Assembly (NCBI GenBank): GCA_965240325.2
Contig: OZ251223.1
Coordinates: forward strand, 3,596,001 to 3,660,000
Source of the DNA: Rebecca billardiae RCC1528
Taxonomy: Eukaryota; Protista; Haptophyta
Length of the DNA: 64,000 nucleotides
Direction: 5' to 3'
Part shown: positions 63,902 through 64,000 of the stretch, piece by piece
How the letters are laid out: every line of letters begins with the position of its first letter
How positions within the stretch are numbered: position 1 is the first letter of the stretch
Program-made: the position numbers and the translations under genes
The notes under the pieces: generated by a model
Seen by the model: the letters and a program-made list of their open reading frames with translations, nothing else
Databases searched by the model: none
What the model was told of the DNA's origin: nothing

Positions 63902-64000
63902 TCGTGAATGCGCGAGGCGCCGGCTTCTCCTGTCGCGCAATGGCGGCGGTCTAGGTCGCGGGAGGAATCGTCTGCTTGCCGATCAGCATCATCTTATTAG

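Overview
This is gene-dense, very GC-rich eukaryotic nuclear DNA with short GT-AG introns (donor mostly GTGCG, acceptor (C/T)GCAG). Bipartite plastid-targeting N-termini, a Tic22 gene and a flagellar SPATA17 gene suggest a flagellated alga with a complex plastid, most likely a haptophyte such as Pavlovales (inference). About 25 protein genes are supported, many in tight head-to-head pairs. They include a plastid DEAD-box helicase, a polyamine-oxidase-like flavoprotein, a GDA1/CD39 apyrase, an ARM/IQ protein, a ~3100-aa tandem-duplicated Shaker/AKT-type channel, two sulfotransferases, a BT1 transporter, a TPR protein, gamma-COP, Tic22, SPATA17, a divergent P2X receptor, an ER-retained PhyH dioxygenase, a THUMP methyltransferase, a CIA30 protein, a DUF4246 protein and a bestrophin. 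The strongest candidate for an undescribed system is a ~1984-aa single-pass receptor at 51744-57698. It fuses a bacterial TauA-like (taurine/sulfonate) solute-binding domain and CUB/EGF repeats to a cytoplasmic TIR domain that keeps the catalytic Glu, followed by a degenerate second TIR: a Toll-like architecture with a metabolite-binding ectodomain. The 35.3-44.4 kb interval is a lower-GC island of non-autonomous repeats (MITE-like, foldback, direct and tandem repeats) around an intronless sulfotransferase. No rRNA, tRNA or CRISPR array was recognised. All family calls are by-eye motif recognition; no searches were run.
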